Shown one piece after another: positions 54,932 through 64,000 of a stretch of DNA of 64,000 nucleotides. Position numbers and translations under genes: made by a program. Location: NCBI GenBank assembly GCA_964016885.1, contig OZ024745.1, forward strand, positions 66,650,001 through 66,714,000. Reading direction: 5' to 3'. Each line of letters opens with the position of its first letter. Within the stretch, counting starts at the first letter, position 1. The notes below the pieces were generated by a model. The model had not been told where the DNA came from. It did no database searches and saw only the letters and a program-made list of their open reading frames with translations. Source of the stretch: Eledone cirrhosa (lineage: Eukaryota).

Positions 54932-56107
54932 GAGGGTGGTCATGGTGGATTATTTTTAATAATTCGTCTGCTTGATTACTGCTGATGGGGGACTAAACAA
55001 TACCGATAGTCACTTGTGCATACATTTGTATAACAAAAAAAACATTATTGGGATATAGAGTTCTATATTAAACAATGCAGACACACTTACAGTCAGATAG
55101 GTAGACATCGATATATATATATATATATATTGTTACATATACAGGTGTGCACTCAAATGGAACTATATAATCAAACACCTGTACTAATATATACATATAC
55201 AGACTATTGATTCTTTCTTTAAAAGCTCATTTGTGTGTACACTGACGCAAAGGCATCTGTATAGTATTCATACATAAACAAATCGACACATATGCTCACA
55301 CATACTCATACACATTCACTCCCACAACAACAAACCTCCCACATACATACACACACACACACACCGAAGCATCTCTGTGCATGCCACGTGTAAACATTCT
55401 GTTGCACACACAAAGAGATGCACACGATTATACTCATCTCTACACCGACATCCTCACCGAAATAATTATAGACTGTCCCTCTCTCTCACACACATACACA
55501 CACACACACACACACACAAACTTCATCTCTCCCACATTCTCGTCCATTTGCTCACACGCGCACTCCAAAAAAACACTAAATCCCGCTCCTACTCATACAC
55601 ACGCACACACACTCTCTCTCTCTCTCTCTTTCCCCCTCTCTCTCTCTATCTTTCTTTCTCTCTTCTCTTTTCCACCTACATTTCCACCGATTTACTTATC
55701 GAGTCAGTGAGAGTCCTCTAAATGTAATTATTTGACCTGCAAAAATGCGAAGTCAAATTTCTATTAAATTACGCGGTGCAGAATTTGAAAAAAGGAAGTA
55801 CACATTACATTGTGTAGCCATAAATATACCTAATAACCTTTTCGATACAGGGTATCGGATGGGTCCGGTTGAATTAGGAATAAATAACAATATTTCCCTA
55901 TGTGACATACATATATATGAGAGACAGATATCTGTTCTGTTAAATAAAGTCATCTTCCCTGAAATGGACTGCACACGCACACACACATCCAACAGACGCC
56001 ACACACACACATACACACATACACACATACACACACATACAGGTGTGTGTACATCTATCCTTTTATTTATATATATATAAACGCATATATATATATATAT
56101 ATATAAA

Positions 56108-56146
<39 letters not shown>

Positions 56147-56462
56147 TTGTGTATGTATATGTGTAGTGCGTGTGTGTTGTGAGTATGTTGTGTGTGTGTG
56201 TGTTGCGTGTGTGCGCATGTGTGAGTTTGTGCATGCGTGCGCGTGTGTATACGACACACGTTTATATATATTTTCCTCGCTATTATGCTCCCACACATAC
56301 ATGCATTCACATGAACGGACACACACGCACACTAAAACTCACACAGACGGATGCTCATATTCCAACATAGAAACTCATGCAGGCACACATTGTGTAACAT
56401 TGCTGTAGCAAAAAAAAATAAATAAATAACTGAAAGTACGAAAGGCACCAGGAGGCACAGTG

Positions 56463-56572
56463 ACTTACTGCTACATGGATACTACTAACTATACCGAGCA
56501 GACAAACCACACAATCAATGCACTCACGCGATTCGTGAGCGATCGTGCGCACACCCATCTAGTCGGTTTATA
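56463..56572 (-). promoter_or_regulatory. Possible TATA promoter, short first exon and splice donor
   Basis: TATAAA at 56567-56572 (-), CpG-rich stretch, GTAAGT at 56463-56468; motif evidence only. Confidence 0.25.
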
Positions 56573-59228
56573 AGCAGTTGCTGCTAGGTATTGATATTGG
56601 AGTCACAGCTAAAAAAAAGTTCTGTGGTTAGGCAATTGAAAGTTGGAAGTGAAAGAAAAGAGAAGTCTAAGAGATTAAGAAAGATTAGAGAATAGTGACA
56701 ATTCAAAAGAAAGAGAGAGTGGAAAATGTAAAAGGAATGTAGGGGGTGAGATTAGATATGAATGGCCTGGGTCAATTTACTTGAACATGAAGATAATATA
56801 TTTATTAATTTTACACATGGCCTCAAGTTCTTTGTCTTTTTTTTCTCTCTAGAAATGTGATAATCAGTTACATCGAACCCCAATGTATGACTAGTACTTT
56901 ATTTTATCAATGTAGAAAGGAGTAAAGAAAAAGTTGAATACGAAAGGATTTGTACTCGAAATATTAAAGAGGGGGTAAGCTAAATAGGATTTTTTAATAC
57001 GGAATATGGTTAAGATATTAAAATTGTTTCTCTTAATTTAAGCCTCACACACTGTCACCTAATGAACACTAAAATTACTGATCCTACGAGAGAGCTTCTA
57101 TATACGTGATTCACTCTTTTCCTCTTCGTGGTGCACTAGAGATCATTTGAAAAATTACTGAGGCACGTCTCATGGAATATTTTAAAATCTGTTTTAAATT
57201 TCAATATTAAGAAAATATATATTGAAGACTATCGCGTACTTTGTTTTAATTATTTATAATTATTTATAGCAAAATTATGAATACAACGATTTTCAAAACC
57301 CTCAAATGTAAGTGTGAATTTTCCGAAGTTTTAACTGTTTTCGAAAATCCGCGTCGCACTTTGATAAATTTTGTGCCACACAACTTGAGAACCACTACCA
57401 TACTGGATCACTAAACCTGTCAAATACCTTACTGACATCACCCTGTCGTCTTTAGATACAAAACGTACACGGTGTATAATAATAATAATAATTAAAATGA
57501 TCATGTACAGTGCTCAGGTGCACTACAACTAATGTGTTCCACTGGCTGAACTAAATGGCATAATTTTTTTGTCATCTCTTTCCTTGATTACAACTACCTT
57601 AGGCCTAAGTAACAACAACAACAACTACGACAAAAACTATCACTCTCCAAATATAGAAACATGTTAATAACAATAATGAAACAACACAAATAACAATTTA
57701 TTGTTTTAAATAAATGAAATAAAACAAAATAGTACAAGTTGTGTGAAGGTATGAGAAGCAGCATATATGAAATTCTGGTGAGGCGAAATACTACCGAGTG
57801 GCCTACGCTGAATATCTCTAAAAATAAAAGAGAAAAAGCGTTAGTTTCTCATTCTCGGCTCATCTTAGGAGCTAATTTCGGGGCTTCTACATTGTTGCTC
57901 AAACTGCTAGAAATAACAGCCAAATCTCCTACAACTATCCCCCTAAATCCTTGACACAAAAGGCAGGATAATGTAGTCCTAAATATGTAATCTCTGAAAG
58001 AAAGATGGGCTGACCATCGACTGGAATGCATTTGATCTTAGGTTCGGATGACCTGTGGTTAAACAACAACTAGATATAACTATAACAGCCAAAGTTCATA
58101 TTTACTTAAAGCGGTATTGTAGCACTTAAAGAGTTAGTTTTACGCATGTATAATTTCGGCTGTTCGCTTTACACTTTTATTTTAGAGCTGGAAGTTTAAA
58201 CCACAGCAACATCAACAACAAAAACAACAGCATCATAAAACAAATTAAAGAAACAATAGACAGAACTAACAAACATGGTAACACTAGGATGATGACAATA
58301 GATAGAACAAATGAAATACGACGGAATATACGGATTTAACTAAATACTCACCTGTTTTACTAAAAAGTGGATATTAAAAAATAACACTTAACATTTATCG
58401 CCATCTGTTTTGGCCTGGAGGAGAGATTTCCAATGCTTAAATGAGAAAGAAAGAGAAAAATATAGGCACTTTATTATTTACTGCTTCATCCCATTCAGCT
58501 GTTTTTCATATTCACCACGTCTACTAACTTCTGTCTGAAAGCGCGCGTGTGTGTTGGTTGGAGTGTTTGTGGCTTAGTTTTCGTTGATTTTTATTTCGAT
58601 TCTATCCCTTGTTTTATTTTAAAATCTTATTTACACATCGCTTTACTCCAACATATTTTCCTTTCTCCCTTTATTTTTTTCTCTAATTACTTATTTATCT
58701 ATTCATACCCCCTTTCATTCATTCATTCATTTGTTTCTTTTGGCGTCCGTTTGAGATAATTCTACACACACAGACACGCGCATATATAATCTTCAGTTTC
58801 GGAAATTCTTGTGTATATACATTAAATATACATTTTTTTATTATTTTAAAGAAGTCTTATAACCTCCTTTTTCACCCTTCTCATTTTTGTTTCTTCTTGT
58901 TTTTTTTTTTTAACTTTAGGCAACTAAATTTTCTCCTCGTTCTTATGCCATACTCCCTAACGTTTATCAAAGATACACGTGGATAAACACACCTACACAG
59001 GCGGCGCGCACGCGGACGAACGGACTGACATACATACACATAAATGTATGTACAATTACATATACAGTTCTACGTATTCCAGGAAAAAATATGCATTTAT
59101 TCTGATTAGATAATATCATAGTTAAATATAGTTATTATTAATATGTTTCAAGTGTCTTCTAATGTTGTGATGTGGATGTCTTCAAAACCAGTGGACCGTG
59201 GATAGGAACAATCTGAGACACACACTCA

Positions 59229-59282
<54 letters not shown>

Positions 59283-59330
59283 AAGATTGAGGCAGAGACA
59301 GAGACAGTGACGGGAGACAAATAGATAGAT

Positions 59331-59402
<72 letters not shown>

Positions 59403-59952
59403 GCAGGCAGACAGCCAGTCAGGCAGACAGCCAATCAGGCAGACGGACAGACGCAAAGGTGCATTGCGATGCGGAGACTGATAGAGAAAATGAATTGGAT
59501 TAAAAAATAGCTCCAGAAACTAAAAACAAAAATGATTCAAAGCATGTGAAAGAGAGAATGTTAAGGGAAAATGAGTAGGGAGATTTGGAGAGGAAGGAGA
59601 AATATTTAAGGACTCTCGTTCGGAAACACACAACGGGATGAGAAGTAATACGGAGAAAAGAGAAGACAATAAGAAGAACGGGAAGAAGAAAAAATGTATG
59701 CAACTAAATGCAGATATTTGTTTGGAAAACCATGACAATATCCACGGTTCTATAGTAAGAGAGATAGATATAAATATAGAGAACGAAAGAGAGAGAGAGA
59801 GGAAGGAGAGGAAGAGACAGACTTAAACAACTAAATATCTAACGGAGTTACCTCCACCACGTTTAGATGGAAAACACTGGGATGCCGGCATATTTATTGG
59901 AAATATAAAGTTTGTTAAATTACTTGCTACAACTATATCTACAACCTTAGTG

Positions 59953-59962
59953 CCAGGTAAGT
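59953..59962 (+). promoter_or_regulatory. Consensus splice donor CAG/GTAAGT, possible 5' UTR exon end
   Basis: Perfect donor after a purine-rich non-repeat stretch; motif evidence only. Confidence 0.25.
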
Positions 59963-60071
59963 ATTTTTTTTCTGGATTCACAATAATTCGGTTGTGTTGT
60001 TTTTGATGGTGGTGACGTCAATGTTGTTGATGTATGCTTGTGTGTATATGTGTGCGTTTAAGTGTGTGTAA

Positions 60072-60105
<34 letters not shown>

Positions 60106-60106
60106 G

Positions 60107-60138
<32 letters not shown>

Positions 60139-60247
60139 TGATCTCTCTCTTTATATATCTAGCTAGCTATCATCTCTCAATCAATTTCAGGCTCTTTCTG
60201 GGCAAAACATATGGTTCTATAGAAATAACAATTTAAATTCACTGTAA

Positions 60248-60364
<117 letters not shown>

Positions 60365-60468
60365 GCGCGCGCTGACACACACACACAAACTTTTCCTTAC
60401 ATATGTATGTATATTTGCTCCCATATTTGACCATATATGAATGTGTGGGTAGGTATGTGGGTGTGCGT

Positions 60469-60516
<48 letters not shown>

Positions 60517-60911
60517 CTATTTATATGAAAATATAAGACAATATATATAGAAAAAAAATAAATATCTATAAATATGATTAATAAGTATAATTTGAATTTA
60601 CATTTATATAAAATTCAACATTTAAACGTCACTGTAAACATATAATTATGAAATATGGTCAAAGTTTAAACTAGGAGAATAAGAAAGGCATTTCTTTCAA
60701 AATTACATAGATTTATAATTAGAAACCAAAATATGATAAAGTAGAAAAAAGGAATATTTTCCTATAAGGTATACATGGATATCGAGATAAATTTGAATGT
60801 TACCGCGCCCTGTTAAATTGTTTACTTAAATATACATACGTACATACAAACAAAGAAATACAAACATCTCTCTCTCTCTCTCTTTCTTTCACTTCTCTCT
60901 CTCACTCTCAT

Positions 60912-60981
60912 TATATATATATATATATATGCATGTATGTATGTATATATGTATATATTTATGTTTGTATATATGTATATG

Positions 60982-61048
<67 letters not shown>

Positions 61049-61126
61049 ATATATCTATATATGTATATATATGTATATGTATATATATATATCTATATCT
61101 GTATATATCTATATCTATATATATAT

Positions 61127-61165
<39 letters not shown>

Positions 61166-61189
61166 AATATATATGTATATGTATATATG

Positions 61190-61278
<89 letters not shown>

Positions 61279-61317
61279 ATTTGTAAATATATTTGTATAT
61301 ATATGTATATATGTAAA

Positions 61318-61408
<91 letters not shown>
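60912..61408. repeat. Compound (TA)n/(GT)n microsatellite
   Basis: Seen directly. Confidence 0.95.
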
Positions 61409-64000
61409 GTGTGCGCAAATGCGTTTGTACGTGGCATGTGACTGAGTCTCCCTGTTCGTCTCTTCGTTTAAGTTTCTATCTGTACCTCTATATATGTCCC
61501 ATAAAGTAGCGGGTCGACCTAAACTATAGATATCATTATTACCTGAGACAACAATATATCATGGGGTCAATTTGATCGTTGTCTCATCCTCACTGCAATC
61601 TAACGGCTGAAACTAGTAAAGTAAAATATATTTTTATACACGTTACTACATTCACATATGCATATATATATATATATATATATGAACATGGTGAAAGTAA
61701 GTACTCTGGAGGAGTAAGAATCAATTCTATTTTATATATTTATATATATATATATAATGTGTGTGTGTGTGTGTGTGTGTTTAAAAAGCATACGAATTAT
61801 TAAGTTGTTATTTTTTCATTGAACAACTTTGTTTCAGTTCTGTCTTCAATGTGTATTTTGGATAATTTGCCACTATCAACGTAATTATATATATATACTG
61901 AATTTTTGTTCTTCGTTGGTGATTTCCTATTCGCGATGTTTTCTTAATCATTTCATTTACGCAAACCGTATTATTGTACATAATCATTAGAGATTCAGAA
62001 AAATGCTTTGTGGTATTTGGTCATGGCTCTTTTACGTTGTGGGTTAAAATCATACTGAGGTTAAAATCACACTATTTTTCTTTCATCATTCCGATGTCAA
62101 TAAAATACAAACCCTTCAATGACTGGCTCGATGATATCAGCCGTTACTGTCCAGCTTTTATAGCTATATTAGAAATGATTCTTACTCAATTTGATTGTTT
62201 TGTGTTTAGATGTAAGGAAATTATATATAAAAGTGCCACACACACTAATGCACACGTAAGAACAGCTAACCCCACATGTACACGTAGATATACGTACATA
62301 CATGCACATACACACACTTTTTTTTCTTTATACTGTCCTTTCTTTCTGTGTACTCTCCTTTCTAGGGTTGTTGTGACTTTCTTCAAGCCGGTTCTAATAG
62401 AGCAAATGTATTATTAAAAGCCCTGCCAAACATGACCATTCTTTAATTTTGTATATTTATGACAACATTATCGAATGTGTCTTTCACTTAAGACAAGTTG
62501 TAATTTGAGGAATATTTGGTTGTTAATCCTAGCAAAATGTGGAACCACGTAAGCTTTCTTCACTCAGTTCTTGTTTAATCTTTGGTCAACCCTAATCGAG
62601 CAGATTCATTTTCAATATTAGTTTGAAAATTGGCATCCATGTTTGTCATTTTAGAGGTCGATAACGTATGTTTTAGAGGAGATTCAGGTGGTATACCTCG
62701 CAGGTCGAGCTGCCTGTTTGCCTTTGTTCTTTCAGGTGTATTTGTGGGGTTTTTGTAACCAGAGATACGTGGATGTAATTCTGGGTGGCTTATACCGTCT
62801 AATAACATTAGAAAGAAGTTTCTAAGTCTTCGGCTGCCCTTCTAGAAATTCCAAAATATATATGATGAGCATATTAGATTATATAGTCTCAGAGGAACGA
62901 AAATCATGATGCGATGGTTACAACTAAAATACTTTTTATCATAGGTTGATTCAACTATCCCTTAACTGGAGATCAACAGCATCAAATTTAAATACATAAA
63001 ATGCGCTTATGATTATGGGAGTATTATACATATCGAAAGGAGAATTTTGCAGTGTCACTAGAGCATCAGCTAAAATAGTTTTAGTTATTTCTTGAGACTC
63101 ACTGATCTCGAAGTTCAAATCTCGTCGTTGTAAACATTGCCTTTCATCATTTCCTGATAGATAACCTACCTGTCCTGTATTGAGTTACATTCCTCCTCCC
63201 TCTTCTGCGGGTCTCTCTTTGAATTGTACCTATAATTCAAAGAGCCCAGTGTTGTCACATAGTGTTACAGATTGGACCTCAGAATTACATTAAGAACACA
63301 CATGTCTGAAATACTCATTTAAAGGTTACTTCCACTAACTAGCAGGAATTTAAGTGATCAAACAAAACGCTCATGTCAGAAGCCAACAAAGGATCCAGAT
63401 ATATGTATAGCTATTCAATGTGTTCATTGATTAGAAAAGGTAAATCAATGTGTCGCCCTTTTCATCATTCCATTCTACATGAACTGATCTTTATATATGA
63501 CTTGCAGTAACCTCTGAAATATGGTAAGAAATATAGGTACCAGTTAGAAACAGCAATCAGCAATCACTCAATATTTAATACGATACAGTCTTAAACAAAA
63601 TAAGTATGCAGTCGATGTACTAGTTGAAAATAAACCAGATATGCTTGCAATTTTACAGATACATAATTTAATCAAATATATAAGCAACAAAACAAGAATT
63701 TATAGTATAGAAAGGTATGGTAATATGTGGTTAGAGTATGTCTTCGACTAATATGGATTTACGTACGTAGTCAAGAAAACACACCTGGAAACAAAATAAT
63801 ATCTCTATTTATTGTCTACGGTAGGCTCTAAATCGAGTTATTTTCAGGAGAAAAGGTCAAAACAAATTGCAGCAAAAGTGGCTGATCAGTGATATTTCAG
63901 AATCAGAGACGTAATATGAATTTTAACCAGCTGACATAAACGTGTGAGTTCAGTATTTCACAACACGATGAAATATCGCTTCATTGGTTAAAAATAATGA

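Noticed and set aside
62575-62808. 77-aa ORF, possibly a LINE C-terminus
   Set aside because: No diagnostic motif.

Overview
AT-rich eukaryotic DNA, very rich in microsatellites, with no recognisable intact host protein-coding gene. The repeat content (a tRNA-derived SINE with a CCTTTCATCC...GTCGATAAAATAAAGTACC core, long (TA)n/(CA)n/(GA)n tracts) resembles a cephalopod genome, probably octopus; this is inference. Almost all ORFs in the track are microsatellite artefacts. The real coding remnants are three Penelope-like retroelement (PLE) copies (RT and/or GIY-YIG), a Helitron with a Pif1 helicase fragment, two mariner remnants, two Hero/R2-group RT fragments and an RTE fragment. The main signal is about 25 type I hammerhead ribozyme (HHR) motifs from at least 12 unrelated sequence families, read by eye as stem I-CUGANGA-stem II-GAAA-short palindromic stem III-UH-stem I. 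They lie in PLE ends and in non-coding elements that sit in (TA)n tracts as 1.3-2.1 tandem units (monomers about 533, 554, 660 and 727 nt) or as foldbacks. Several have stem II domains of 50-96 nt, and two families share a CAGANGA core variant. The copies have fixed internal 3' ends at TA microhomologies. Together this suggests a diverse, (TA)n-targeted, retrozyme-like circular-RNA system mobilised by PLEs. All folds were done by eye and coordinates may be off by a few bases.
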